Of a stretch of DNA of 64,000 bases, positions 1 through 14,733 are shown in pieces. The position numbers were made by a program, and so were the translations under genes. A model generated the notes under the pieces. The model was not told where the DNA came from, ran no database searches, and worked only from the letters and a program-made list of their open reading frames with translations. The stretch spans positions 3,267,575 through 3,331,574 of the forward strand of contig CM119264.1 of the NCBI GenBank assembly GCA_051294375.1, given 5' to 3'. How positions within the stretch are numbered: position 1 is the stretch's first letter; every line of letters begins with the position of its first letter. The stretch comes from Paraspadella gotoi (taxonomy: Eukaryota; Animalia; Chaetognatha).

Positions 1-73
1 GACAAGAGATCAAAACAGTTTCCAAAAAAAAATATATAAAAAAAAATATATACGTGTATATATATATTATATA

Positions 74-114
<41 letters not shown>

Positions 115-659
115 CATGAGGTTAATTTTCAAAATTTTAAAACCGACGGTGAGACTTGATAGAATATAAATGTAAATGTAAATATAAATATAAATATATA
201 AATATAAATGTACAATTTACATAACTTGATAGAGATCAATAAGATTGATTAATGAAAGTAGACAAAATTTAATAATATAAAACTAAAAAATCGCTAAATA
301 AACGTTAGAAAAAGATTTCTTGACAATAGTCGAAAATATTGCTTGAAATAAGAAAACCTGATTGCTTGAGATTGATTGATTGATTAACGTAGGCTTGATA
401 AAGGCTGGTTAAAGGTCGAAATGTATTGCTTGATAAAAGTCACAAAGGTTTCGTCATAAAGGTCAAAGGTCAAAGGTTAAACTTAAAGCGAAGAAAAGAC
501 GCAGAAAGATTTTTTTTTGTTTTGACGCTTGAGGCGCTGACAGGCGACAGGCGGTAAGAGTCAGGCGACAGGCGGCGGGAGATAGGCGACGCCGAAAGCG
601 AAAATAAAGGTCGCGGGTGAAGCTGATGTATGGATGGATGACAGATGTGATAGGAGGGG

Positions 660-933
660 TTAGGTCAGTCTGTCTGTCTGTCCCACTTACGTTAAAAATG
701 CATCTAATTCTTCAATAGTTGGTTGTTCATTTGTTAAGACAGAAAAAAATCACAAATCTAAGTAACTGCTAGCGCCGTCTTCAGGAAATCCTAAGCGCAT
801 GTCATAAATACACGGGCGAAGAACGTTTTTTAGTCATATCATATCATGTCTTGTCATATATTGTGATCAAAGAGAAACACATGTGTAAATAAAGTCACCG
901 CGGCGCAACACACTGAATGAACCTATCTTGATT
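660..933 (+). mobile_element. HINE family B diverged copy (duplicate at ~7060-7335)
   Basis: GGTTGTTCATTTGTTAAGACAG...AGCGCCGTCTTCAGGAAATC and AAAGTCACCGCGGCGCAACAC match the reverse complement of 22868-23110. Confidence 0.55.
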
Positions 934-1811
934 TATTTCAATCCATTTATCTAATTTTGTTCGCCATTTTGGGATGAGAATAGAATGAGACAGATGGAGT
1001 TCGGAAGGAATTGAAGTGAGGCGAGGTGAGGTAAGTCGAGGATTCCATCCATAAAGGTGAGTTTTTTTTTAAGAGTCATTTCTTCGGTGGCAGAGAAGGT
1101 AAACAAACGTCTATCCTTTTAAATCTCAGTTCGTTTAACTTTCAAAGCGGAAATTTCTCGGAAATTTAAATCACCCACCAACCAGTATTCTTGCCAAGCC
1201 TGTCAAAATTTAAAACATTTAAAATTGAAATATTTAGCGATTTAAATATTTGGAAATGGCGGTAGTTTGGTTAATTTGTAATCCTTGAAAAATCTCTCTA
1301 ACTTTTATGCCAATTATCTCTTAACACAAAAAGAGATCCCAAACGATATGAAATTAAAAATACCGGGTAGTAATTTCGCTATTTTCTATTTTCCCTCTCA
1401 AACGAAACTGGTTTTACGAAAGAGTCTTTCTTTGTTCTCCTCGATTTTGTCGTTGTTGTTGTTATCCTCGTCGACGTCATAAAGGGTGACGATCAATGAA
1501 TGTCATCGTCGTTGTCGTCGTTGTCGTAATTGTCATCGTCGTTGTCGTAATTGTCGTTGTTGTTGTCGCATCAACGACGTCGTCGAAATCAAAGTCGTTG
1601 ACCGGTGTCGTCGTCGTCTTCGTCGTCGTATTAAGAAGAACCACCCATTTGATTTACGAACTTCTTAACGAATTATTGCGTTTCTCTTCATTTTACAAAT
1701 TTTTCCGAATTTCGCTTAACAAGTTTGAGTCTTTAATTCTTTTGTCCGTCGATCGTTTTAACAAAGTGAGAGAGACCTCCTGGGGAGATGCCTGTTAGAG
1801 AATAAGGCGTG

Positions 1812-1946
<135 letters not shown>

Positions 1947-2972
1947 AACAAGACGCTTTATAAGGTTTCGTCAAAATGTTTGACGAAATCATTATCATAG
2001 TCGTCGTCGTTGTCGTCGTCGTCGTCGTCGTCGTCGTCATAATCATTCCATTTCGTCAATTTCTTTGGTTTCTTCATCCAATGTTTTCCATCGCACCCGG
2101 TTAAAGTTTTTTGCTCAACTTTTTTCGTCGCATCCGCAAAGACATTTCTCATGACATCCGGGTGGAAAAGTGAGAAAACCCGGATCTAATTCAAGTTAAA
2201 AATGACGTTATTGAGGAAAAATAAGCAAAACAAAAAAAAACAAAAAACAAAAACGGAATGATGATATAACTTCTAGAAAACTTTTAAACTTTTGAATAAA
2301 ACAATACATATGTTTGTACAAATATTATGTATCTTAGTAATCGCCAGTAAAGAGTAAAACCTAAAAGGAAAAACTTGTTTTCTAATACTAAAAATGTGAG
2401 AGACAAAGAATAAGGGGAGCATAAATAGTTAAATAGGATTTGCGGAGAAGAGAGAAGAAAGAAAGAAAAGAAAAAACGAAGCCCCTCGTAAATTTTAGAA
2501 ATGAGAAAAGACCTTGAAAAAAAGGGAGGAAAGAGGAGGGAGGAAGAAAAAAGAAAGAAGGATAGAGGAGGAAGGAGAAAAAAGAAGAAAAGGGGAGGAA
2601 GAAGAATTAAAGAAGGAAAGGGTAAAAAGAAGAAAAAAGAAGGAAAGGGTAGGAAGAAAGACAGAGAGAGAGAGAGAGACGACAGATGAGTATGGTTCTG
2701 TGGTGCGAGGATCGCAGGTTAGGAGATGGCGGATGAGGAGAGGGTGAGAGATGGAGGGAGAATGCTGTGACTTGATCTCATGGAAGAGAGGAGAGAGTAG
2801 AAAGAGAGAGAGAGAAGAGAGAGATAGGAGCAGAGAGAGAGAGAGAAAGAGAGAGAACGAGTTGTTCATCCACGGTCAGTCAGTTGATGAGAGGAGAAAA
2901 CCCATTTCTCGAACCTTCACCTTTTTCGCCTTTTGTTTTTTCGGGATTTCCCTCGATGATGGAGCTTCTTCT

Positions 2973-3260
2973 CTAGAGCCTCGCTTTCGCCTTTCTTTCT
3001 CTAGAGCCTCTCTTTCGTCTTTCTTTCTCTAGAGCCTCGCTTTCGCCTTTCTTTTTCTAGAGCCTCGCTTTCGCCTTTCTTTTTCTAGAGCCTCGCTTGC
3101 GCCTTTCTTTCTCTAGAGCCTCGCTCTCGCCTTTCTTTCTCTAGAGCCTCGCTTTCGCCTCTCTTTCTCAAGAGCCTCGCTTTCATCTATTTTCACTATT
3201 TTCTTATCTTTAAAGCCTCGCTTTCAATTTTCTATACTTTAGCCTCTCTTTCGCCTTTTT
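2973..3260. repeat. 28-bp minisatellite CTAGAGCCTCGCTTTCGCCTTTCTTTCT, 8 copies plus 2 decayed (duplicate at ~9230-9530)
   Basis: Unit starts at 2973, 3001, 3029, 3057, 3085, 3113, 3141, 3169. Confidence 0.9.
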
Positions 3261-3447
3261 TTCGATTTTATATTCTTTTCTCTTTCCATTTTTTTTTTCA
3301 GATTTTGGTTTAATTCTTTTTCAGTTTTTTTCTTTTTCTCATTTTTTTATTATTCTCATTAATCCTACTCAATTGTTGTTTTCTCTTATTTTAGTTTCTA
3401 CATTATATTTTACTTGATTTTTTGTTTTTTTAATTTAGTTTTCTATA

Positions 3448-4048
3448 TTTTTAGTCGGATCTGCTTATCAGCAAATTCCGACTCTATAATTCACTTTGTC
3501 GGTCCGTCGGTCTCGAACCCAAATCTTGTCGGCATTTCACTTAAATCATATCAAAACATCGAATTATGATAAATTATGCAAAAAAATGGAATCGTCAGAG
3601 TGGAAATGAGTCAAAATGGAAAAAAAAAAACTGTTTCTCTATTTGATTATGCTTCTTTTTCTTTTTATATTAAATGCAGGATATATTAATTAATCAAATA
3701 ATTACTAAGTTAATTAATCAATTACTAAATTAATTAATCAATCAATTAATCGATCAATTTATTGATCAATCAATCAATTTATTTATCTATTTATTAATTA
3801 TTAAATCAATCAATTTATCTATTAATTAATTAGTTAATTAATTAATCAATCAATAATCAATCATTCAATCAATCAATCAATCAATCAATCAAATCAGTCG
3901 TTATCGTCGTCGTCGCCTTGGTCGTCGTCCTTGGTTTTGTCGTTGTTAGTGACGAAAAGACCTAAAACAAACATTTCGGATCATAATTAATGAATTAATT
4001 ACCGCTAATGATAGTGGGCAGATCCAGCATTGTTTGCTCAAACTTGTT
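3448..4048 (+). mobile_element. Non-autonomous Helentron-like element (HINE family A)
   Basis: TTTTTAG + palindrome GTCGGATCTGCT..AGCAAATTCCGAC + GTCGGTCCGTCGGTC microsatellite; 3' subterminal IR GGCAGATCC followed by stem-loop GTTTGCTCAAAC and TTGTT; internal AATT/AATC repeats. Confidence 0.65.
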
Positions 4049-4369
4049 CTTTTCTTTTTAGCTTCTCCTTTTTGTTTACTTTTTTTATCCTTTTTAGATT
4101 TCACTTTCTTTTTCTTTGTTTTTCCTTCTTTCTTCTTTGTTTTTTCCTTTTTTACCCTTTTTTTTTGCGTTTTCTCTCTTCAATCATTTCTCCCGTAATT
4201 TGTCTTCTCTCTCTTACCTTTTTCGTTATTGCCTATCTCCTATTCTCATCTACTCTTCTGTACTGTCATTCTTCCTCCCTGTCTCCCGATCATACTACTT
4301 CCTAGCTCATCTCCCCTCTCTCTCGTCTACTCTGCTCTACTCTCTCGTCTCTCATGTCTCACTTCTCTC

Positions 4370-4448
<79 letters not shown>

Positions 4449-4680
4449 CGATCTCTCTCTCTCTCTCTCTCTAACTTCTCTCTCACACACCGGCTGCCCC
4501 ATAAGTGTCAAACAGAAAATTATCTTCAGTCTTTGTCTCGCTTTGCTTTAGATCTCGATCCAAAACTGAACCTAGCATAGATTGTCGCGCCCTCCTACCT
4601 TTCCCTTCCCACTTTCTTGTCCAATACCCACCTCACCCTTTTTCTTTTACTCACCCCGCATGACCGATTTAGGCCTTCTC

Positions 4681-4728
<48 letters not shown>

Positions 4729-4729
4729 G

Positions 4730-4787
<58 letters not shown>

Positions 4788-5259
4788 GTCTCTCTCTCTC
4801 TCTCTCTCTCTCTTCATATATCTCGCACCTCAGATTGCGAGAACTTTTATTAGTTTTATTTTTTTATAGCCTTTGTTTTTATACAATAAACATATGTCAC
4901 ACATGGAGGCCTTTAACCACCAAAGCCTGTCCAAAGTCAGGGGCAAAAAAGTTATTCGTTAAATGAATGGATAATTATTATATAGGTTGAACCAATTTCA
5001 TATATACTCACCTAGGTTCTCCTTTCACAACTTTTTACCAATAATCACCAACCAATTCACCATCCAATCACAATTCTCACACCTCCTCCCCACTGCTCTT
5101 TCACCATACTGACCTTTAGCAATTAATCATCACCAAATCTCTCTCTCATCAATTCACAAATCACACATTGCACCCCATAGTTCATCGTGATCAATCAATG
5201 CTTAGCTTATTCTTGTCCCACCTCAGGCCTCTCCTTTTTAACCCTCCTCATCCTTAAGC

Positions 5260-5490
5260 TTTCCTCCCTTTTTTTCTTCTTCGTTTCCTCTTCTTCCTCC
5301 TTTTCCTCTTTTTTCTCCCTTTCCTCTTCTTCCTCCCTTTCTTCTTCTTCCCTTTCCTCTTCTTCCTCCCTTTCCTCTTCTTCCTCCCTTTCCTCTTCTT
5401 CCTCCCTTTCCTCTTCTTACTCCTTTTCCTCTTCTTCCACCCTTTCCTCTTCTTTCTTCCTTTCCTCTTCTTCCTCCCTTTCCTTTCTCC
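5260..5490. repeat. 18-bp polypyrimidine tandem repeat TTTCCTCTTCTTCCTCCC
   Basis: Directly visible; produces the GKGGRR ORF. Confidence 0.8.
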
Positions 5491-6071
5491 TTCGCTTCCT
5501 CCACCTTCTGCTCCATCAAAGTCACTGACCTGATTCGGCCTTGTCTTAGTTTCTGAAGAGTTTCAATTCGACCATATGCTCATATTCCTCTATATAGTTT
5601 TAAAATACAATTGTGATGTTAAAACTGCTGAAAATAGAAAGTATAATAGAAGTATAACCAGATTGTCGTAAGCTATATTTGACCACTAAACCCGTGTATT
5701 ACTACTCCTAAATGGAGAGATATCTTCATATCGTGGCTTCGATATCTTGCATGACTGTACATAACAAGTGACACGATTGTGTCTACAGTCGAAAAAATAA
5801 GGATGTCTTATGAATGAACCGATGTCACGAAAATGTTTTGTTGGCGTGGAGCGGACCTAGTAAGTAGTAACCCTTGCAAAACAGACAGATGCTGTTTTAT
5901 AACTTTTCTAACATTATAAAAGTGGCGCCTTGGCTATCCATTTTCATGCTATTATCAAAAAGATACTTACGACAATATGCAAATTATTCTAAAGGTCGAA
6001 AAGCACCTCTCAACCCTTTAGACGAGTAGACGAACTTGGACGGACTAAGACGAGAAGGATGAAGAGGGAGA

Positions 6072-6178
<107 letters not shown>

Positions 6179-6302
6179 GGAAGAGAAGAGAAAGAGAGAG
6201 AAGTGTCAGTTAGCGCCAGAGATGATTATTGTTGTGTTCAGAGGTCGATCCGAATTTAGGGGTAAAGAGTTGTCAAGAGGAGAAAGGGTGAAAAGAGAGA
6301 GA

Positions 6303-6339
<37 letters not shown>

Positions 6340-6483
6340 ATGAGAGATGAGAGAGAGAGAGACGAGAGAGAGAAAGGAGGAGAGAGAGAGAGAGAGAGAG
6401 ATGGAGAGCGAACATGGAGCGAACTTCATTTGTATTAAGTCTCTCGTCTTTNNNNNNNNNNNNNNNNNNNNNNNNNATAAATC

Positions 6484-6518
<35 letters not shown>

Positions 6519-8203
6519 ATGAACATGAGGTTAATTTTCAAAATTTAAAACCGACGGTGAGACTTGATAGAATATAAATGTAATGTAAATATAAATATAA
6601 ATATATAAATATAAATGTACAATTTACATAACTTGATAGAGATCAATAAGATTGATTAATGAAAGTAGACAAAATTTAATAATATAAAACAAAAAAATCG
6701 CTAAATAAACGTTAGAAAAAGATTTCTTGACATAGTCGAAAATATTGCTTGAAATAAGAAAACCTGATTGCTTGAGATTGATTATTGATTAACGTAGGCT
6801 TGATAAAGGCTGGTTAAAGGTCGAAATGTATTGCTTGATAAAAGTCACAAAGGTTTCGTCATAAAGGTCAAAGTCAAAGGTTAAACTTAAAGCGAGAAAA
6901 GACGCAGAAGATTTTTTTTTGTTTTGACGCTTGAGGCGCTGACAGGGACAGGCGGTAAGAGTCAGGCCGACGGCGGCGGGAGAATAGGCGACGGCCGAAA
7001 AGCGAAAATAAAAGGTCGGGGTGAAGCGATGTATGGATGGATGACGATGTGATAGGAGGGGTTAGGTCAGTCTGTCTGTCTGTCCCACTTACGTTAAAAA
7101 TGCATCTATTCTTCAATAGTTGGTTGTCATTTGTTAAGACAGAAAAAAAAATCAACAAATCTAAGTAACTGCTAGCGCCGTCTCAGGAAATCCTAAGCGC
7201 ATGTCATAAATACACGGGCGAAGAACGTTTTTTAGTCATATCATATCATGTCTTGTCATATATTGTGATCAAAGAGAAACACATGTGTAAATAAAGTCAC
7301 CGCGGCGCAACACACTGAATGAACCTATCCTTGATTTATTCAATCCATTATCTAATTTGGTTCGCCATTTTGGATGAGAATAGAATGAGACAGATGGAGT
7401 TCGGAAGGAATTGAAGTGAGGCGAGGTGAGGTAAGTCGAGGATTCCATCCATAAAGGTGAGTTTTTTTTTAAGAGTCATTTCTCGGTGGCAGAGAAGGTA
7501 AACAAACGTCTATCCTTTTAAATCTCAGTTCGTTTAACTTCAAAGCGGAAATTTCTTCGGAAATTTAAATCACCCCACCAACCAGTATTCTTGCCAAGCC
7601 TGTCAAAATTTAAAACTTTTAAATTGAAATATTTTAGCGATTTAAATATTTGGAAATGCGGTAGTTTGTTAATTTGTAATCCTTGAAAAAATCTCTCTAA
7701 CTTTTATGCCAATATCTCTAACACAAAAAGAGATCCAAACGATATGAAATTAAAAATACCGGGTAGTAATTTCGCTATTTTCTATTTTCCCTCTCAAACG
7801 AACTGGTTTTACGAAAGAGTCTTTATTTGTTCTCCCTCGATTTTGTCGTTGTTGTTGTTATCCTCGTCGACGTCATAAAGGGTGAACCGATCAATGAATG
7901 TCATCGTCTTGTCGTCGTTGTCGTAATGTCATCTCGTTGTCGTAATAGTCGTTGTTGTTCGCATCAACGACGTCGTCGAATCAAAGTCGTTGACCGGTGT
8001 CGTCTTCGTCGTCGTATCAAAGAAGAACCACCCATTTTGATTTACGAACTTCTTACGAATTATTGCGTTTCTCTCATTTTACAAATTTTTTCCGAATTTC
8101 GCTTAACAGTTTGAGTCTTTAATTCTTTTGTCGTCGATCGTATTAACAAAGTGAGAGAGACCTCCTGGGAGATGCCTTTAGAGAATAAGGCGTGTAGAGA
8201 GAG

Positions 8204-8290
<87 letters not shown>

Positions 8291-8997
8291 AACAAGACGC
8301 TTTATAAGTTTCGTCAAAATGTTTGACGAAATCATTATCATAGTCGTCGTCGTTGTCGTCGTCGTCGTCGTCGTCGTCGTCATAATCATTCCATTTCGTC
8401 AATTTCTTTGGTTTCTTCATCAATGTTTCCATCGCCACCCGGATTAAAGTTTTTTGCTCAACTTTTTCTCGCATCCGCAAAAGACATTTCTCATACATCC
8501 GGGTGGAAAATGGAGAAAACCCGGATCTAATTCAAGTTAAAAAATGACGTTATTGAGGAAAAATAAGCCAAACAAAAAAAAACAAAAAACAAAAACGGAA
8601 TGATGATATAATTCTAGAAAACTTTTAAACTTTTGAAATAAAACAATACATATGTTTGTACAAATATTATGTATCTTAGTATGCCAGTAAAGAGTAAACC
8701 TAAAAGGGAAAAACTTGTTTCTAATACTAAAAATGTGAGAGACAAAGATAAGGGGAGCATAATAGTTAAATAGGATTTGCGGAGAAGAGAGAAGAAAGAA
8801 AGAAAAGAAAAAACGAGCCCTCGTAAATTTTAGAAATGAGAAAAGACCTTGAAAAAAAGGGAGGAAAGGGAGGGAGGAAGAAAAAAGAAAGAAGGATAGA
8901 GGAGGAAGGAGAAAAAGAAAGGAAAAGGGAGGAAGAAGAATTAAAAAGGAAAGGTAAAAAGAAGAAAAAAGAAGAGAAGGGTAGGAAGAGAAGAGAG

Positions 8998-9031
<34 letters not shown>

Positions 9032-9038
9032 GGAAGAG

Positions 9039-9073
<35 letters not shown>

Positions 9074-9723
9074 TAAGAGGAGAAGAGAGAGAGAGAAAGA
9101 GAGAGAAGATTGTTCATACCACGGTCAGTCAAGTTGATGAGAGGAGAAAACGCCATTTCTCGAACCTTCAGCTTTTTCGCCTTTTGTTTTTTGTTTCGGG
9201 ATTTCCCCTCGATGATGGAGCTTCTTCTCCTAGAGCCCCGCTTTCCGCCTTTCTTTTCTCTAAGAGCCTCTCTTCGTCTTTCTTTTCTAGAGCCTTCGCT
9301 TTCGCCTTTCTTTTTCTAGACCCTCGCTTTCGCCTTTCTTTTTCTAGAGCCCTCGCTTGCGCCTTTTCTTTCTCTAGAGCCTCGCTCTCAAGCCTTTCTT
9401 TCTCTATGAGCTCGCTTGCGCCTGCTCTTTCTCAGAGCCTCGCTTTCCATCTATTTTTCACTATTTTCTAATCTTTTAAGCCTCGCTATTTCAATTTCTA
9501 TCAGCTTTAGTGCCTCTCTTTCGCCTTTTTTTTCTGATTTTTATATTCTTTCTCTTACCAATTTTTTTTTTCAGATTTGGTTTAAATTCTTTTTTCAGTT
9601 TTTTTCCTTTTCTCATTTTTTTATTATTCTCATTATCCTACTCAATTGTTGTTTTCTCTTATTTTAGTTTCTACATTATATTTTACTTGATTTTTTGTTT
9701 TTTAATTTAGTTTTTTCTAATAT

Positions 9724-10424
9724 TTTTTAGTCGGAAATCTGCTTATCAGCAAATTCCGACTCTATAATTTCACTTTGCCGTCCGTCGGTCTTCGGAACCC
9801 AAAATCTTTGTCGGCCATTTCACTTAATCAATCAAAACATCGAATTATGATAAATTATTGGCAAAAAATGGGAATCGGTCCAGAGTGGAAATGAGTCAAA
9901 ATGGAAAAAAAAAAAACTGTTTCCTCTATTTGATATGCTTTCTTTTCTTTTTATATTAAATGCAGGATATATTAATTAAATCAAATATTACTAAGTTAAT
10001 TAATCATTACTAAATTAATTAATCAATCAAATTAACGATCAATTATTGATCATCATTCAATTTATATTTTATCTATTTATTAATTTTAAATCAATCAATT
10101 TATCTATTAATTAATTAGTTAATTAAATTAATCAATCAATAATCAATCATTCATCAATCAATTCAATCAATCAATCAATTCAATGCAAATCAGTCGTTAT
10201 TCGTCGGTTCCGTCGCCTTGGTCGTCGTTCCATCGGTTTTGTCGTGTTAGTGACGAAAAGACCTAAAACAACATTTCGGGTCAAGTAATTAATGAATTAA
10301 TTAATGATTAATTAATGAAAATTAGTGACGAAAAGACCTAAAAACAAACATTTCGGATCATATTAATGATAATTAACCGCTAATGATAGTGGGCAGAATC
10401 CAGCATTGTCTGCTCAAACTTGTT
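9724..10424 (+). mobile_element. HINE family A, copy within the duplicated block
   Basis: Indel-rich copy of 3448-4048. Confidence 0.55.
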
Positions 10425-10721
10425 CTTTCTTTTTAGCGCTTCTCCTTTTTGTTTACATTTTTTTATCGCTTTTAGATTTCACTTTCTTTTCTTTGGTTTT
10501 TTTCCTTCTTCTTCTTATGTTTATTTCCTTTTTTACGCCTTTTTTTTTCTTCTAACTCGCGTTTTCTCATCTTCAATGCATTTCTCACCGTAATTTGTCT
10601 TCTCTCTCTACTTTTTCGTTAGTTGCCTATCTCCTATTCTCATTATTTCTTCCTGTCATTCTCTTTTCTCTCATCTTCTCTGTCTCGTCTCTCTCTCTCT
10701 CTCTCTCTCTCTGTCCCTCAC

Positions 10722-10757
<36 letters not shown>

Positions 10758-12440
10758 ATCTCTCTCTCTGCGTCTCTATCTCCTCTCTTCTCTCTCTCTC
10801 TCACCCCACAACCGGGCTGCCCCAGTAAGTGTCAAACAGAAATTATCTTCAGTCTCTGATCCTGGCTCTTGCCTTTAGACTGAATCCAAAACTGACCATA
10901 TAGCATATGTCTGCGCCCTCCTAACCATGTTCCCTTTCCACCACTTTTGTTCCAATACCCACTCACCCTTTTCTTTTAAACTCACCCAGCCAATGACAGT
11001 TTTAAAGCACTTTCTCTCTCTCACTCTCTCTCTCGCTCCTCTCTACTCTCTCTCTCTCTCATCTCTCTCTTTCTCTACTCTCTCTCTCTCTCTCCTCTCT
11101 CTCTCCTCTCTCTCCACTCTCTCTCTCTCTCTCTCTCTCCTCTCTTCAATATATATCGCACCTCAGATTGCGAGAACTTTTATTAGTTTTATTTTTTTAT
11201 AGGCTTTGTTTTTTATACAATAAACATATGTCACACATGGAGGCCTTTAACCCACCAAAGCCTGTCCAAAGTCAGGGGCAAAAAGGTTATTCGATTAAAT
11301 GAATGATAATTATTATATTAGGTTGAACAATTTCATATATACTCACCTAGGTTCTCCTTCACAACTTTTTACCAAATAATCACCAACCAATCACCATCCA
11401 GATCACATATTCTCACCTCCTCCCCACTGCTCTTTCACCATACTGACCTTTAGGCAATTAATCATCACCAAATCTCTCTCTCATCAATTCACAAATCACA
11501 CATTGGCCCATAGTTCATCGTGATCAATCAATGCTTAGCTTATTCTTGTCCCACCTCAGGCCTCTCCTTTTTAACCTCCTCATCTTAAGATTTCTCCCTT
11601 TTTTTCTTCTTCGTTTCCTCTTCTTCCTCCTTTTCTCTTTTCTCCCTTTCTCTTCTTCCTCCTTTCTTCTTCTTCGCCTTTCCTTTACTTCTTCCTTTCC
11701 TCTCTTCCTCCTCTTTCCTCTTCTTCCTCCCTTTCCTCTTCTTCCCTCCCTTTTCCTCTTCTTCCTCCCTTTCTCCTTCTTACTCCTTTTCCTCTTCTTC
11801 CACCCTTTCCTCTTCTTTCTTCCTTTCCTCTTCTTCCTCCCTTTCCTTTCTCCTTCGCTTCCTCCACCTTTTCTGCTTCCATCAAAGTCACTGACCTGAT
11901 TCGGCCTTGTCTTAGTTTCTGAAGAGTTTCAATTCGACCATATGCTCATATTCCTTCTATATAGTTTTAAAAATACAATTGTGATGTTAAAACTGCTGAA
12001 AATAGAAAGTATAATAGAATATAACCAGATTGTCGTAAGCTATATTTGACCACTAAACCCGTGTATTACTACTCCTAAATGGAGAGATATCTTCATATCG
12101 TGGCTTCGATATCTTGCATGACTGTACATAACAAGTGACACGATTGTGTCTACAGTCGAAAAATAAGGATGTCTTATGAGATGAACGATGTTTTGTTGGG
12201 CCCCGTGGGGGAAACGCCGGGGACCCTAATAAAAGTAGTAACCCTTGCTAAAACAGACAGATGCTGTTTTTATAAACTTTTCTAACATTCATAAAATGGC
12301 GCCTTGGGGCTATCAATTTTTCATGCTATTATCAAAAAAGATACTTACGACAATATGCAACATTATTCTAAGAGGTGCGAAAAAGCACCTCTCAATCCCT
12401 TTAGACGAGTAGACAAACTTGGACGGACTAGACGGAAGGA

Positions 12441-12531
<91 letters not shown>

Positions 12532-13242
12532 CAGTACGAGAGAGAAGAGAAGAGAGAGATGTCAGGTTAGCGCCGAGAGGATAGTTTTTGTTTTCGAGCA
12601 GTCGAGTGCCGATTTAGGGTAAAGAGGTTGTCAAAGGAGGAAAAAGGGAGAGGAGGAGAGAGAGAGTAGAAGAGAGAGAGAGAGAGAAGAGAGAAGAGAG
12701 AGAGAGACGAGAGAGAGAAAGGAGAAGAGAGAGAGAGAGAGAAATGGAGAGAGAGAGAGAGAGAGGAGAGAGAGCGAGACATGGACGAATTCATTTTATA
12801 GGTAACTATGGTATTCAAATCTTCAAAATGAGGGCTTAATTTCAAGTGCGACTTTTGAATTAATAGGGTTAAATTGTTGTTTCATTTTATCGATTCAAAC
12901 TTTGACGAGATTTTCGAACGTCAACTTGGATCAGCGATGGAGGAGAGAAAGATGGCGCCACGTTAAAGGTTAAGACAAGGATGGGAAGAGGGTGGGGGAA
13001 AGACGAGACAACTACGAGAAAGAGATGGATTACAGATGAGATAGAGACAGTAAAGCGATGGCTTCGCATTGTAAATAATATGCTATTACCTCATTGCCTG
13101 ACAACGAAAAATGCATAATCTTCAATTTTAATTAAACTTTTATTCTAAATTTATAAGTATGAGACATCTGAGGAATTTTGATTTAATCTAAAATTTAAAA
13201 AAAAATCAAAAAGACAAGAATACGGAATCAATGATCAGCGAA

Positions 13243-13660
13243 TCAACGACGATCAATTCGACGATCAAAACGACGATCAAAATGACTATCAAAACAACGA
13301 TCAATATGACGCTCAAAACGACAATCAAAACGACGATCAAAACGACGATCAAAACGATGATCAAAACGATGATCAAAATGATGATCAAAAAGACGATCAA
13401 AACGACTATCAAAACTACGATCAAAACGATGTTCAAAACGACGATCAAAATGACAATCAAAACGACAATAAAAACGACGATCTAAACGACGATCTAAACA
13501 ACGATCAAAACGACGATCAAAACGACATTCAAAACGACGATCAAAACAACGATCAAAATGATGATCAAAACTACGCTTAAAACAACGATCAAAATGACGA
13601 TCAAAACAACGATCAAAACAACGATCAAAATGACGATCAAAAAGAGGATCAAAACGGTCA
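13243..13660. repeat. 12-bp minisatellite ACGACGATCAAA, ~35 copies
   Basis: Strict 12-bp period; produces the TTIK / VVLI ORFs. Confidence 0.9.
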
Positions 13661-13802
13661 TCTTTTCATTTCGATCGAAATCGCGAAGATGGAATTTATC
13701 GTCGCGCCATCTCACGTCTTTATCCTTCGCGCCATCTACTGACGCGTCTTCGCGCCGAAAGAAGATGTCACGTCTTCCCAGGGAGACGTCATCGATCCCG
13801 AC

Positions 13803-13841
<39 letters not shown>

Positions 13842-13972
13842 AGACGACGTCACTATTTATCAGATCCTTCAATTCCCAGATTTCGTTTTCTCATTTTCCT
13901 ACGAAATAGAATTTCCGTCTCTCATTTGTTGCGTCGTGTTTATGAGAGAGAGAGAGAGAGAAGAGAGAGAAG

Positions 13973-14011
<39 letters not shown>

Positions 14012-14305
14012 AGAGAGAGAGGAGAGAGCAGAGAGGAGAGACAAGAGAGAGAACAGAGAGAGAGGGAAGGAGAGAGAAAGAGAGAGTGCAAACTAATTAC
14101 CCAGTGGCCCCGCGCGTGTGACACGCGACAAAACAGTTACTGAGTTTTGATAATAATTTTTTTTTGTCAAAAAGATTAGAATTTAGGCTTTTTGGAACGG
14201 TGAACTTTTTTAGGGAAAATTTTCGCCGGTGAAAATCTCACTTTTCTTAATTTGTCATCTGAGTTGTCCGCTTCAATATCTTAATTGTATTGTGTGTATT
14301 GTATA

Positions 14306-14396
<91 letters not shown>

Positions 14397-14686
14397 GAAT
14401 AATGTTTTGAAATCCGTTTTTCTATCTATTTTAATAAAACCATTTTAAAATTAAATCAGTTACTTTGCCCAGTTGATCACATCTGCGTAGTTTACCTTAA
14501 AACGACCCTCAAACTTCCCCCAGTCCAAACTGTAAATCCTCAACAGACAAGATCTATCGGTGAAGTTATCCCAATTTTATTTTCTGGATGACCCTACAAG
14601 CGTCGGCTTATTTGTCATCTTTTAAAAAAAAGGAGGAAGAGAATTCTCGAACTCATCAACAAGTTCAAAGCCAATCATTACTCATT

Positions 14687-14733
<47 letters not shown>

